The notes: generated by a model from the letters alone, not told the origin. 41,802 bases of DNA from Reclinomonas americana ATCC 50394 (GCA_048213135.1 PS015127.1:1-41802), one strand, 5' to 3'. Positions 1 through 24,130 are shown, counted from the first letter of the stretch. Numbers and translations are program-made.

Positions 1-300
1 TCTCGCTCTCCCTCTCGCTCTCTCCCTCTCGCTCTCGCACTCCCTCTCTCGCTCTCCCTCTCTCGCTCTCCCTCTCTCGCTCTCCCTCTCTCGCTCTCCC
101 TCTCTCGCTCTCCCCTCTCACTCTCCCCTCTCCCCTCCCCACTCGCTCCCCTCTCGCTCCCTCTCGCTCTCCCCCTTTCTCTCCCTCTCTCATTCTCCCT
201 CTCGCTCCCCTCTCCCTCTCCCCCTTTTGCTCCTCCTTCTCCTTCCCTCCCTTCACCTCCCTTCCCCTTTCCCCTTCTCCTTCTCACTCACCCTTCTCCT
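1..300 (+). repeat. CT-rich low-complexity intron tract (CTCTCGCTCTCCCT-like units)
   Basis: Almost pure pyrimidine repeat ending in a TTAG acceptor at 304-307, just before a coding exon. Confidence 0.85.
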
Positions 301-307
301 CGTTTAG

Positions 308-2430
308 GTGGAGTACGAATTCCTCGAACTCCACGAGGAAGCCATGATGGACTACGAGCGCGCCAGCCAGCTGGCCCACGAAGCCCTCGGTCCCGAAGAC
401 TCCATCACCGAAAACCTCGTCAGCTCGTTCCGCGACGCGCTGCACAGTTTCCAGGCGCGCATGAGGGGCCGACCCACACCCGTGATGAGCGCCACTCGCA
501 AGCCACGACCCGTTGGACCGCGCTCCAGCAGCGCAACAGCTGGCTCGCACGCCGAGTCGGAACCGTCGGCGGTCTACGGGTGAGGACCTTTTGCTGGGGA
601 AGGGACGATGTATGCAGGCGACAGTCAGAGCTCTTCACTCCGTACTCTGTGGTTATCGATGTTTCTCGTGCTCTACTTGCACGTTGCAACAATTGACTTC
701 GTTGCCATTGTCTTTCTCCCATTCTCATGCTGATCTCTCGTGTGAACATTCAGTTGGTCTCTCCTTCGTGCGTGCCGTCGCTCCCTGTCTCTTAGTCTTT
801 TCTCCCTCTCTCTTTGCATCTTCTTCTCTGTTGCTCCCATTCTCGCAAATACCAGAACACGTTGTACATTCTTCTGCACTCCACTGTCTCACCTCACTCT
901 ATCCTCTCTTCGCCCATCTCCTCCTACATAAAATTACAGTTGCACTCTCTCTGTCTGTCTGTCTCTCTCCTTCCCCGCTCTTTCCCTTTCCCCTTTTCCC
1001 CTCTTCCCTCTCACCCTTTCCCTTTTACCCCCTTCCCTCTCACCCTTTCCCTCAATCTTCCCCCCTCCAGCGCCCCCTCCAAGCAACAACGCTCCTCCTC
1101 CCCCTCCACCACCACCGGCGGCGACCAACGCACCGCCTCGCGCACCCAAGGCACCGCCTCACGACAATCCCGCTCCGCCCCCACCTCCAAGACCACACCC
1201 GCACGCGCAGGTCGCCAGTCGACCACCACCACCACCACCACCACCACCGGCCCGTCACCATCGGTGCATCCGCCATCGCGCGCCAACCCCTCACCCACCA
1301 AGCGACCGCGTCCGGCCGCCAAGAAGCCCGCGCCGTCTCCCGATCGTCGACGCCCAGCGGCAGAAGCCAAGGCACCGGCTTCCAAGAATCCGCGCGAGGC
1401 CCTGCATCGCATGCTGCCGAGTGACGACGAGTCGTCGTCATCAGACCCCTCACCGGCTCAGCAACCCACTCGGCCGGCGGCGGCGGCAGCTGCTGCGCCA
1501 AAGGGGCGACAGCACGTGGTGGAAAGCAGTGACGACGACACGGCCGCTGGCAACACGCTGGACACGGACGACTCGGAGAACGAGAGCCCCAATTACCAGG
1601 TGCAGCATGTGGTGCCGTCGAAATCGGTTTGTTGTTTTTGTCTTTTTTTCTTTGGTGGCTATCTCACGTCACTCACTTTTCCCCGCTGCAGGCCAAGCAA
1701 GCGCCTGCAAGGCGACCGCACAAGGCCGCAGACAGCGACGAGGAGAATGGCAGTGGCGACGACGACGACGTACACGATGAGGGTGAGCACGTGGAAGAAC
1801 ACACGCAGAGTGATCTGGGGTCTCTGTCGTCCTCCGCACCTCCGTCGCGTCATGCACACCAGCGCAACACACCTTCATCCGCCTCACAAGGCGGCGCGCT
1901 CGCCGACTTCGAGTAATCTGACTGCAGAGAGTATTAAGGTGATTCGTTTCCGTGCACGCAGTAGGCATTGTTCCTCTTGAGACTCACGCGAATGGCCCAC
2001 GCCCGCCCGCCCTGCACTGCACTGCACCACATTAATCTCTCGTCTGTCATCTGTCGCCCATCATTTATCATGATTATACTCACCCCAGCTCTCTCTGCGT
2101 GTTTTGTGTCTCTTGTTCCCCATCCTCCTATTCTTCTTCTTCTCTCTCTCTCTCTCTCGTTTGTGCGTCTTCCTCTTTTTCTCGTCGTCGTCGTCGTTGT
2201 GTGTGTGTTATGTAACAGCGCCCCCGAGCCGGCCGTCGTACCAGCGGCAAGCGCCGATCAAGCGAGTTGATTCTGGTGTGGACGACGAAACACATGCGTG
2301 GGGTCCACCGTCGACACACAGTAGCGCGCGGCGGCAACAACAGCAGCAACAGCAGCATCAGCGGGGGCGATCAGCGGCGTCGAGTGCGCGCGACATAGAG
2401 GAGGACTTGGATAGTGTGGATTCGCGGTGA
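308..2430 (+). CDS. 3' part of a multi-exon TPR-like protein with a long disordered Ser/Pro/acidic tail (5' end outside window)
   Basis: Exon from 308 reads VEYEFLELHEEAMMDYERASQLAHEALGPEDSITENLVSSF, a TPR-like helical pattern (A..Y..A...A...LG). Later GC-rich exons at about 1071-1599, 1692-1912 and 2219-2430, ending in TGA. Confidence 0.55.
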
Positions 2431-3648
2431 AGTGTGTGTGGATGTAATGTGTGTAACTGAGGGGTGAGGAGGGGATAGAGCGGCAAGGTCAGGGATTGAG
2501 TGGAATGGGATGCAGGCTCGTAGTCTGCATGGCACTTCTAGCAGTGGGTGAACAAACATCGAGAGAAGAGAAAGAAGTGCGGTGCGGGTCGCAAAGATCT
2601 GGCTGGTGAGCATGTTTAGTTGACAACAACAACATTTGGGTGGCGCACGTGGCTACCTGTGTTCCCGTCAACACGGCAGTAACTGCTGACACTGGCATGT
2701 CTTGCACGTTCTTCCCTCCACCGCCATCACTGCACATAGTGACAATAATAGCAGCAACAACACTGTGTCTGTGGTCAACGTCGCCTTCAACCCTCACTGC
2801 GCGGCCACCGGTCAGTGGCTGTCACAGTGTTGAAATCACTGCTGTCGACAACAACAACAACAACAACTGCGCCTACCACCAGCCACCACCGATATGAGCC
2901 TCACCAACAACATGACAAGCTCTCTCCTGTTTTCAACCACGCCACCAACGTACGATCGCGACACCACCACTGCTTGCTTTTGCTTTGCCTGCTTCACGGA
3001 TCCGGACCCGGCTTTGCCTTGTTTGCCTGGCTATGGCCTTTCCCCGAATTCGATGTGCCGTGTACGATTGCAGAAAACGCTATGCGTCCATGCAAGTGCG
3101 TCAAATCCACTGGTCAACCACGCTTATGCGGTGAAGATCGCAGTTGTCAACTTGTTCGGAGCTCCGAGATCTATAGCTAGAGCGATCACAACCACACAAG
3201 AAACCTGCTGCTGCCTCAAGATTGGTGTCTGTGTTGATGTTTTGGATACGGTTGAACTTGGTCATCAAGACAGCTGTTGCTTGTTTGTTGGTGAATGAAT
3301 TGTTACATGCTGACGTTTCTGCAAGAGAAACCACAAGCACGACGAATTTGACGCCGAATTCCAAAACGGGATGGAGATATATACAAAGAGGTTTGGAAAC
3401 CATGGTCACGGGATACCTTGTCGACCGAGTACCGCACAAAACGATTCCCAACCGTACACCCTCTTCTCCTCCCATCCCCTTCCCCCTCTTCCCTCCCTCC
3501 CCCCTACCCCCTCCCCTCCCCTCCCCTTCCCCTCTCTTCCCTCCCGTCTCCCTTCCCCCTCCCCCTTCCCCTCCCACCCCCTTCCCTTTCTTTCTTGCAA
3601 CTATAGTCTCTTTAAATTGTGATTCAAAACCCCCCGCTCGCCACCGCC

Positions 3649-3920
3649 TCATAACCACCCACCCTCCTCCTCGTCCTCGTCGAGCCCGGGTGGAGGCGCA
3701 TCCGGATGCCTGGCCAACCGCATGACCATTTCGTAGAGTGTCGCCGAGAGTGACGATAGTGGAGCGGCCAGAAGCAGGCGAGGGAGGATGCCCTTGGTGA
3801 GCGCCAGTGCACCTTCGTTCTGCACGACCCGAACGAGAATTTGAAACACGTTCCGGCCGCCGTAGGTGCCCATGCGCGTCTGCAAGCGCGATTTGGCCAT
3901 GTCCATCGGGTTGGTGGTTA
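3649..3920 (-). CDS. Mitochondrial carrier (SLC25 family, possibly SLC25A44-like), last exon only; upstream exons in gaps
   Basis: TNPMDMAKSRLQ matches the PxDxxKxRxQ carrier signature, followed by EGALALTKGILPRLL...YEMVMRL (third carrier repeat). CAG acceptor at 3921-3923. Confidence 0.8.
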
Positions 3921-5094
3921 CTGCAAGACACACACAAAGTTCAGTCCACTCTCTCCTGAGCCACTTCCCCCCACTTCCCTCCCTTCTCCNNNNNNNNNNN
4001 NNNNNNNNNNNNNNNNNNNNNNNNNNNNNNNNNNNNNNNNNNNNNNNNNNNNNNNNNNNNNNNNNNNNNNNNNNNNNNNNNNNNNNNNNNNNNNNNNNNN
4101 NNNNNNNNNNNNNNNNNNNNNNNNNNNNNNNNNNNNNNNNNNNNNNNNNNNNNNNNNNNNNNNNNNNNNNNNNNNNNNNNNNNNNNNNNNNNNNNNNNNN
4201 NNNNNNNNNNNNNNNNNNNNNNNNNNNNNNNNNNNNNNNNNNNNNNNNNNNNNNNNNNNNNNNNNNNNNNNNNNNNNNNNNNNNNNNNNNNNNNNNNNNN
4301 NNNNNNNNNNNNNNNNNNNNNNNNNNNNNNNNNNNNNNNNNNNNNNNNNNNNNNNNNNNNNNNNNNNNNNNNNNNNNNNNNNNNNNNNNNNNNNNNNNNN
4401 NNNNNNNNNNNNNNNNNNNNNNNNNNNNNNNNNNNNNNNNNNNNNNNNNNNNNNNNNNNNNNNNNNNNNNNNNNNNNNNNNNNNNNNNNNNNNNNNNNNN
4501 NNNNNNNNNNNNNNNNNNNNNNNNNNNNNNNNNNNNNNNNNNNNNNNNNNNNNNNNNNNNNNNNNNNNNNNNNNNNNNNNNNNNNNNNNNNNNNNNNNNN
4601 NNNNNNNNNNNNNNNNNNNNNNNNNNNNNNNNNNNNNNNNNNNNNNNNNNNNNNNNNNNNNNNNNNNNNNNNNNNNNNNNNNNNNNNNNNNNNNNNNNNN
4701 NNNNNNNNNNNNNNNNNNNNNNNNNNNNNNNNNNNNAGAGAAGAAGAAGGACGAGGGAGGAGAAGAAAAAGAACAGGGGCGAAACCAAGTGAGGATAAAG
4801 AAGGAGAAAGACGAGGAGAGGAGGAGAAGGAGGAGAGGAAGAATAAGCAGAAGGATTGACCAGGAAGCGGCGGCGGCGGCGGAGGAGGAGCTGAAGAAGA
4901 GGATGAGGAAGGAGGAGCAGGCGGAGGAGGAGGAAGATAAATAGAAGAACAAGGACAAGAACAAGAAGAAGAGGCACGAGTGGAGAGATTACAAAAGAGA
5001 TGCAACACAGAGATCGCGTCTGAATCAGGCTGATGATAAACACAGAAGAGAAGACAAAGAAAAGAGAGGAGAAGAAGTGGAGAAGAAAGGGAGA

Positions 5095-5309
5095 GAAGCA
5101 CAAGTGAACGGAATGCAGAAGACATGCATGCAACACGCAGTGCATCGGATGTGATAATGGTCGACGTGCGTGGTCCAGCTATAAAAGAGGACGAGAGAAG
5201 AGAGGGCAGAAGAGAGGAGGAAAGAGAGAGAGAAGCACAAGTGGAGGGAATGCAGAAGACATTAAACAAGTGTGCATTGCATGTGATAATGATCAAGCTG
5301 GTGACACAG

Positions 5310-5342
<33 letters not shown>

Positions 5343-5665
5343 CAAGAGAGGATAGAAGCAAGGAGGAGAAGAGAGAGAAAAGGAGATGAAAAGAAGAGAA
5401 AGACAGAAATGAGAGAGAGAAGCACAAGCGGAGAGTGCAGAAGACATTAAACAATTGTGATAATGATCCAGCTGGTGACACGCAAAAGAAAGGATGTGAG
5501 CAAGGAGGAGAAGAGAGAGAGAGAGAGAGAGAGAGCAAGGAGGAGAAGAGAGAGAGAGAGCAAGAGAGAAGACAGAAAATGAGATAAAAGCACAAGTGGA
5601 GGGCATGCAAAGACATTCAACAAGTGTGCATTGCATGTGATAATGATCAAGCTGGTGACACAAGA
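5095..5665. repeat. Degenerate tandem repeat, about 4 copies of a ~75-bp core separated by (GA)n tracts
   Basis: Core AAGCACAAGTGGAGGGAATGCAGAAGACATTAAACAAGTGTGCATTGCATGTGATAATGATCAAGCTGGTGACACA recurs near 5096, 5233, 5419 (with a deletion) and 5588. The GA-rich plus strand suggests an intron of the minus-strand carrier gene. Confidence 0.8.
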
Positions 5666-6789
5666 GAGGAGAGAGAGAGAGAGAGAGAGCAAGAGAGGAT
5701 GTAAGCAAGGAGGAGAAGAGAGAGAGAGATCAGAGGAGGGGAGGAGAGAGAAGAGAGAAATGAGAGAAAGAACACATCACACGCAATCCCTGCGCGCGCA
5801 CACACACACACACACTCTCGNNNNNNNNNNNNNNNNNNNNNNNNNNNNNNNNNNNNNNNNNNNNNNNNNNNNNNNNNNNNNNNNNNNNNNNNNNNNNNNN
5901 NNNNNNNNNNNNNNNNNNNNNNNNNNNNNNNNNNNNNNNNNNNNNNNNNNNNNNNNNNNNNNNNNNNNNNNNNNNNNNNNNNNNNNNNNNNNNNNNNNNN
6001 NNNNNNNNNNNNNNNNNNNNNNNNNNNNNNNNNNNNNNNNNNNNNNNNNNNNNNNNNNNNNNNNNNNNNNNNNNNNNNNNNNNNNNNNNNNNNNNNNNNN
6101 NNNNNNNNNNNNNNNNNNNNNNNNNNNNNNNNNNNNNNNNNNNNNNNNNNNNNNNNNNNNNNNNNNNNNNNNNNNNNNNNNNNNNNNNNNNNNNNNNNNN
6201 NNNNNNNNNNNNNNNNNNNNNNNNNNNNNNNNNNNNNNNNNNNNNNNNNNNNNNNNNNNNNNNNNNNNNNNNNNNNNNNNNNNNNNNNNNNNNNNNNNNN
6301 NNNNNNNNNNNNNNNNNNNNNNNNNNNNNNNNNNNNNNNNNNNNNNNNNNNNNNNNNNNNNNNNNNNNNNNNNNNNNNNNNNNNNNNNNNNNNNNNNNNN
6401 NNNNNNNNNNNNNNNNNNNNNNNNNNNNNNNNNNNNNNNNNNNNNNNNNNNNNNNNNNNNNNNNNNNNNNNNNNNNNNNNNNNNNNNNNNNNNNNNNNNN
6501 NNNNNNNNNNNNNNNNNNNNNNNNNNNNNNNNNNNNNNNNNNNNNNNNNNNNNNNNNNNNNNNNNNNNNNNNNNNNNNNNNNNNNNNNNNNNNNNNNNNN
6601 NNNNNNNNNNNNNNNNNNNNNNNNNNNNNNNNNNNNNNNNNNNNNNNNNNNNNNNNNNNNNNNNNNNNNNNNNNNNNNNNNNNNNNNNNNNNNNNNNNNN
6701 NNNNNNNNNNNNNNNNNNNNNNNNNNNNNNNNNNNNNNNNNNNNNNNNNNNNNNNNNNNNNNNNNNNNNNNNNNNNNNNNNNNNNNNNN

Positions 6790-8446
6790 CCTGCCCTCCC
6801 TCCTCCTCCTCTTCCGCCAACTTCTCCTTTGACGAACTGCTGAGTGCAGAGGCCCTATGCACGCGCTTATCTCACGAGGCAGGCGATCCTTCTCTCTCCA
6901 CACTCATCACTCAAGTGAGTGGAGGCGGAGGTCTCCCGGAAGAGTACCTGCGACGATCGAGTCAGCTGATGGTGCCAGTGTCGCCGAGTGACTTGTCTGC
7001 GGTGCATGCGGGAGAGGATGATGTTGACAGTGATGAGACAATGATGGAAGAGGATGAACTGTTGGTGCTGGGCCATGGACGGAGGAGTGCGGCACTGGTA
7101 CAGAGTCCGTTGGTGTCGCGGCGCTTGGAGGTGATGCTCGGGAGTGGGACGCCGTTGCATAGGAATATGAGTTTTCATATGGAGGTGCCGTCGCCGAGGG
7201 CGTTGGGTGAGTCGTCGCAGTGGGAGGAGGAGGGAGGAGGAGAAGGAGGGGTCTGCTTGTTTGGTCGTCTCTCTGTTTCTTGGTGTTGTTGTTCTTCTTC
7301 TTCTTCGCCTCCTGCTTCACGAGCTTGCTTTGCTCTTCTTCTTCTTCTTCTTCTTCTTCTTCTTCTTCTTCTCTATTCTCGTTTTCTTCCCTCTTGTTTT
7401 CCTTGTTAATGAGTTGTTTTTGATCGTGTTCTTCTTCCTCTCTTCCCTCTCATTGCTCGTCGTCTTCGTCTACTCTCTCTGTTCTGCTAACGCATGAGTT
7501 GTTCTTGATCTTGTTCTTTTTCTCCTCCCCCTCTTTCATGTTGTCCACCTGCTACCCCTCATGCTCTTCCTTTGTTCTCCTTCCCGTCTGCTTCTTCCTC
7601 ATGAGTTGTTCTTGATCTTGTTCTTCTTCTCCTCCCCTCGTTCATGTTCTCCACCTGCTGCTTCTCCTTTTCCTGTTCTTCCTCCCTTCCTTCTCCTTCT
7701 CTTACCCCTCCTCGTTTTTCTTCCTCTCCCTTCTCATTGCACGACTTTTCCAACTGTTCCCTTGTTTTCCTTGCTTATGTGCTGTTGATCTTGCTTTTCT
7801 CTTTCTTCCCCTCATCCCTTTTGTTCTCCTTCTCGTTCTTCTTCTTCTCTCCTTCCTTGTTCTGCTTCATGGGCTTCATCGCCCTCGTCTTTGTATTCTT
7901 GTTTTGCTCCTTCCTCCTCCTCTCTTCGTTGTCTTTCTTTCTCTTCTTATTCTTTGTTCTTCTTCATCTCTTACTCCTTGTCCCCTCCCCCTCCTTCTCC
8001 TTTTTTCGCTTGTTCTTCTTTCTCATCTTGCTCTTTGTTAACTTTGCCTTGTTCTTCTTGGTCTTCTTCTTCTTTTCGTCATCATCTTCCTCTCCTTCTT
8101 ATTGTTCTTCTCCTTCTGCTCCTCCTCTTCCTCTCTCCTCTTTCTCTTCCCTTTCCCTCACCCTCCCTCTCCCTCTCCCCACTCAGACTTCGCCGACGAA
8201 TCCATGGAAGAACTGCCGGGTGAGGAAGACGGCGACGCGCAGATGATGATGGAGCAGCAGCACGACAACGATGACGACGACAGCCTCGAAATGTCACCCG
8301 ACGAGATGACGGCCTCGCCGCAAAGACGCGGCAGTGCCGGCAGCCGCCGTCCACCACAACCGCCACCACCGCAGCCGCAACAGCAACAGCAACCCTCGCG
8401 ACCGCGCTACAATGTGCACAGCGAGCTCTTGTCGCAAGACTGGTGA
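6790..8446 (+). CDS. 3' end of a hypothetical acidic/disordered protein ending ...HSELLSQDW
   Basis: Open exon 6790-~7206, GTGAGT donor, CT-rich intron, CAG acceptor at ~8186 and a last exon ending TGA at 8444-8446. Confidence 0.55.
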
Positions 8447-8462
8447 TCGACTGCGATGATTT

Positions 8463-11213
<2,751 letters not shown>

Positions 11214-11286
11214 GCAAACACACACTACACATGACTCACACGCAAACTGTCCGTCAATCACTTCTCTCTCTCTCACGCGTGTGTGA
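11214..11286. promoter_or_regulatory. Putative 73-bp bidirectional promoter between QTRT1 and the ABCA gene
   Basis: Divergent predicted ATGs at 11213 (-) and 11287 (+). Inferred from position only. Confidence 0.45.
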
Positions 11287-19032
<7,746 letters not shown>

Positions 19033-19082
19033 TTGTTATAAAAAGAAATGAGCAAATAATTGTTGATTTTTCCTTCTTCAGG

Positions 19083-22000
19083 TTACTTGGCCGCCGCCGT
19101 CTTCTTGCCGCCTCTGGCTTTCGGCGCAGCCTTGCCACCTCGCTTGCCCAGCTTGCCCTTGGGGACCGGCATCGCACCATCCTCGTCCTCGTCATCTTCG
19201 TCGTCACCCAAATCCGCCGCCTCCGCCACCTCGGTCTCCTCGTCCTCCATCAGGCCGAACTTGACTTTGGAGGACATGGCCGATTTCCGCTGCAGGTGCA
19301 CACATGTGAGACTGAGACAGCAGCGGCAGCGAGGGAGGGAGAAGGAACGTGGCACGAAACGACAACAGACTCCTTCTTGTGATCCTTGTTGAATCTGACT
19401 CGAAAATAAGCAAAGGAGTCAACTGTGCGCCTAAGACACCCACTCACGCACACCTTCGAGTGAACTGCGACTTGACTTGCGTGGCGATTCGGTCGGGCAG
19501 GAAGCGCTCCTTTGGATCGCTGCTCAACTGCTCCAGTTCATGGATCGCATCAAAGTCGTCCTTGCTCAAGCCCATGCTGTCCAGCCGCTGAATGGCGTCG
19601 GTGATGAGAGCGTCACGCGCAGCACCCTCCAGAGCCGAGGCTGCCGAGAATGCTCTGTCAGCACGGCGGCCTCTGGTGACCCAAGAGAGAGAAGGCGACA
19701 CAAACCGTCGATCAGCGGCTGCGTGAGCCAGGTGCGGAAGAACGGGAGAGTCAGGGTGACCATGTCGAACTCGGAGCCCGGATTGATGCCGGCCACACTC
19801 ATGCCGCCCATGATGCACTGCAGCTGTCGCTTGCGCTTGTTGAATGACGACAGCTTACCGAGTGCTCTGTTGTTGTTCAGTGAATAAACAAAACAAACAC
19901 ACGCGGCAGGAGTGGAGAACGAAACTGTGGGAAGGTGACGCCATAGCGATCCGAGTCACGCAGTGGCTCCCACCGACCACGCATGGTGGCGCCGGGGTAC
20001 ACGCACGAGAGGATTCCCATGGTCGGCAGCAAATCCCACGACTGCGCGCCACGGACCAGAGAGTTGCACACGTCGCCAAGTGAAATGGAGTCGGCGGCAC
20101 GAGCCAGTGCCTCCAGACGACCCAGCTCCGTGTTGCTGCGATTCTCGCCAAAGGCGCCGGCAGCGGCATCAAAGTTGCAATAGTTTTCCTGTTAGAGACA
20201 CACATCAGCATGTCGTCGCCCGACGTTCCACGGAAGGGAGTCACGGATCGCGCACCGCCAAGAAGAGAGGCATAAAGCTGTAGTCCTCGAAAAAGTCGTT
20301 CAGTCGCTTGCCCAGTGGATCACGGCCGTACTCGCTCTTCAGGAAGCGCTCCGCCAGTGAGAATCCACTCAAATCCGTGTTCTTGAACACCTCGACTTGC
20401 GTTCTGAGGACGCGAATGGGAGTAAGGGAATTGGAAGTACAGAGAAAGCAGTGGTGCGTTTGCAACTTTTGCTTCATGTCGTCATAGTCGAGTCGAGTCC
20501 TGTTGCGCGTCATCATCTGCAAGTTGTTGATGATGGAGCGGATGTCATTGTGCTGCGACTCGATCAGCATCTCCGCCGCCGGCATTTGGATTTGCACGCC
20601 CTTGGCGCGCAGCTTGTCAATGAGCCACGTCGACAGCGCCTGCTTCGATGGTCTGCACGGAAGATAACGAGGTGAGTGATGTGAGAGTGGTGTGTGTGTG
20701 TGCCTTCTCCTTCGTCGGACTCAACTTGGCCACTCGCATGTCGACACAGTACGGAATCAGTGACTTGAGTTTCGGGTGGTACCGATCGTTGCAGATGCAG
20801 ATCACAGGCACCTGGAGTGATGCAAGTGAGCATTCCACACGAAAAGCGAGACATAAACAGACAAGTCTATCTTTTTCACCTTTGCCTTCTTGATCATGTC
20901 GATGAGTTGACCGACGCCACCACGATCACCAGAGCCCGACATGCCATCGATTTCGTCCATAATGAGCGCCAGTCGCTTGTGGTTGGTCGACGTGCCGTGA
21001 ATGGAGCGATTGGTGACTACGTCGACCACGGAGCGCTCCATGATGCTCTTGCTGCGCGCATCCGAGGCGTTGAACTCGACCACCTCAAAGCCGAGTTCTT
21101 TGCTCACCACGTGCGCCAGAGTCGTCTTGCCTGCGTGTAGAAAAACACAAAACGTGAGCAGAAGAGGTGGGGATGCATGTTGCAGGGAAGCGCGATCTCA
21201 CCAATGCCCGGACCACCCGACAGCAGCACAGCATTCTTGCGACACAATTCGTCAATCAGCTTGTCCTTGTCCTTGGCGTGCGACGCCTGATTCAGCTGGT
21301 GGATGGCGTGACCGAGGGCGCCCTTGTCGTCGGTGAAATGCAGCAGGAACACTTTCAGCTGCTTGGCCAGCATGGCATGCCCGACAATGTCGCCCGACGA
21401 GCGCGGCGCCCACTCGTCGACCCACAGGCCCGAGTTCGCATCGCGAACAGCCGACGACGACAGCGAGGACGAGCCAGCACGCACACCAGATCCAGACGCC
21501 GACGACACGTACGTGGACGACAGGGACGATGCCGGTGGAGACGACGAGTACGAGCCCGAGGAGAACGACGACGACGATGCAGCCGGCGNNNNNNNNNNNN
21601 NNNNNNNNNNNNNNNNNNNNNNNNNNNNNNNNNNNNNNNNNNNNNNNNNNNNNNNNNNNNNNNNNNNNNNNNNNNNNNNNNNNNNNNNNNNNNNNNNNNN
21701 NNNNNNNNNNNNNNNNNNNNNNNNNNNNNNNNNNNNNNNNNNNNNNNNNNNNNNNNNNNNNNNNNNNNNNNNNNNNNNNNNNNNNNNNNNNNNNNNNNNN
21801 NNNNNNNNNNNNNNNNNNNNNNNNNNNNNNNNNNNNNNNNNNNNNNNNNNNNNNNNNNNNNNNNNNNNNNNNNNNNNNNNNNNNNNNNNNNNNNNNNNNN
21901 NNNNNNNNNNNNNNNNNNNNNNNNNNNNNNNNNNNNNNNNNNNNNNNNNNNNNNNNNNNNNNNNNNNNNNNNNNNNNNNNNNNNNNNNNNNNNNNNNNNN

Positions 22001-24130
22001 NNNNNNNNNNNNNNNNNNNNNNNNNNNNNNNNNNNNNNNNNNNNNNNNNNNNNNNNNNNNNNNNNNNNNNNNNNNNNNNNNNNNNNNNNNNNNNNNNNNN
22101 NNNNNNNNNNNNNNNNNNNNNNNNNNNNNNNNNNNNNNNNNNNNNNNNNNNNNNNNNNNNNNNNNNNNNNNNNNNNNNNNNNNNNNNNNNNNNNNNNNNN
22201 NNNNNNNNNNNNNNNNNNNNNNNNNNNNNNNNNNNNNNNNNNNNNNNNNNNNNNNNNNNNNNNNNNNNNNNNNNNNNNNNNNNNNNNNNNNNNNNNNNNN
22301 NNNNNNNNNNNNNNNNNNNNNNNNNNNNNNNNNNNNNNNNNNNNNNNNNNNNNNNNNNCGGCAGCCGTGGCAGCAGCAGGCGCAGTGGGCGTGTGCTTCT
22401 TTGGCGACACCTTGGTTTCCTGCGGTGGTGCGGCTGGCGCTGCGGCTGGCGCGGCAGCAGCAGCAGCCGGTGCCGTCTTGCCCGCCTTGCCGGCCTTGCC
22501 CGCTTTCTTGCCCTTGCTGCCAGTGGTCTTGACATAGGTGCCGGGCTGCAGTCACACATGAGTCAACCACACACACACTTCTTATTTGTGTGAAACGAGC
22601 TTGGCTGGGTCCACACGCACCACCGTCGTGCGAATGATTTCAAACAGCTCGTCCTCGTTGAGAACCGGCAGACCACGAGTGCGCGCCTCGTGGATCTTCT
22701 TCTCGCCGGCATCGTCACCAGCCACGACAAATGTCGTCTTGCCATTGACAGCATCGCGCACCAGTCTGTTGTGTTGAACGTGTGACACAGATGCACGTCA
22801 GCGAGACAGTCAATCCAGCAGCAGCGACAAGATCAACGAACGTACCCTCCGTATCGCTTGATCAAATCCTGCGCCTCGTCTCGCCACAACGACGGCAACA
22901 CACCGGTGACGCACACCACGGCACCCTCCAAGCAATTTGGCTGCCCCGCAGGCGGTGGCGGCTTCACACCAGCCAGCGGCGGCGGCTTGTTCGCACCACC
23001 ACCATCCCTGTTGCGCAACCATGAATCACACACTCACAATTTGATTCTCCTCTCTGCAGACAACTCCACGAACCATCGCTTGGCGAACTTCTTCGGCTCT
23101 GCANNNNNNNNNNNNNNNNNNNNNNNNNNNNNNNNNNNNNNNNNNNNNNNNNNNNNNNNNNNNNNNNNNNNNNNNNNNNNNNNNNNNNNNNNNNNNNNNN
23201 NNNNNNNNNNNNNNNNNNNNNNNNNNNNNNNNNNNNNNNNNNNNNNNNNNNNNNNNNNNNNNNNNNNNNNNNNNNNNNNNNNNNNNNNNNNNNNNNNNNN
23301 NNNNNNNNNNNNNNNNNNNNNNNNNNNNNNNNNNNNNNNNNNNNNNNNNNNNNNNNNNNNNNNNNNNNNNNNNNNNNNNNNNNNNNNNNNNNNNNNNNNN
23401 NNNNNNNNNNNNNNNNNNNNNNNNNNNNNNNNNNNNNNNNNNNNNNNNNNNNNNNNNNNNNNNNNNNNNNNNNNNNNNNNNNNNNNNNNNNNNNNNNNNN
23501 NNNNNNNNNNNNNNNNNNNNNNNNNNNNNNNNNNNNNNNNNNNNNNNNNNNNNNNNNNNNNNNNNNNNNNNNNNNNNNNNNNNNNNNNNNNNNNNNNNNN
23601 NNNNNNNNNNNNNNNNNNNNNNNNNNNNNNNNNNNNNNNNNNNNNNNNNNNNNNNNNNNNNNNNNNNNNNNNNNNNNNNNNNNNNNNNNNNNNNNNNNNN
23701 NNNNNNNNNNNNNNNNNNNNNNNNNNNNNNNNNNNNNNNNNNNNNNNNNNNNNNNNNNNNNNNNNNNNNNNNNNNNNNNNNNNNNNNNNNNNNNNNNNNN
23801 NNNNNNNNNNNNNNNNNNNNNNNNNNNNNNNNNNNNNNNNNNNNNNNNNNNNNNNNNNNNNNNNNNNNNNCTTTGGCGCAGTCGGCTTTTGCGGGCCTGT
23901 TGTTGCGTAGGCAGAGGCTGCCACAAAGTCGTCCTCGTCGTCGTCGTCAACAAGCTGCATGTGTGTGCTTTGTGTAAGTGCACACAAACATGCAAACAGA
24001 GAGTGAGGAGAGAGAATGTCGGGCGCGCAACAGCTTTGCGTTTGATGCCTCCTCCTCCTCCTCCTCCTCCTGCTGCTGCAGAGGAAGAAGAGGAAGAGCC
24101 CTTCTTGGCAAAGTAGTTGAGAAGGCTCAT
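19083..24130 (-). CDS. RFC1: Replication factor C subunit 1 (clamp loader large subunit), multi-exon, two internal gaps
   Basis: N-terminal MSLLNYFAK; BRCT domain (GQPNCLEGAVVCVTGVL...IKRYGG...GKTTFVVAG...VLNEDELFEII); LWVDEWAP; Walker A GGPGIG|KTT; EFNASDARS; Walker B IMDEIDGMSGSGDRGG; ICICNDRYHPKLKSL; RFC1 C-terminal AADSISLGD...WDLLP and TQVKSQFTR. Confidence 0.96.

Noticed and set aside
5138-5180. Possible micro-exon of the SLC25 gene (WTTHVDHYHIRCTA)
   Set aside because: It has splice-like flanks but is also a diverged copy of the intronic repeat and shows no carrier motif; cannot be supported.
5095-5665. Repeat-spacer pattern resembling a CRISPR array
   Set aside because: Repeats are degenerate, the spacers are GA microsatellite, the context is eukaryotic intron and no cas genes are present.
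3649-7409. Long ORFs (300-590 aa) spanning N-runs, here and at the other gaps
   Set aside because: Artefacts of translating N as X.
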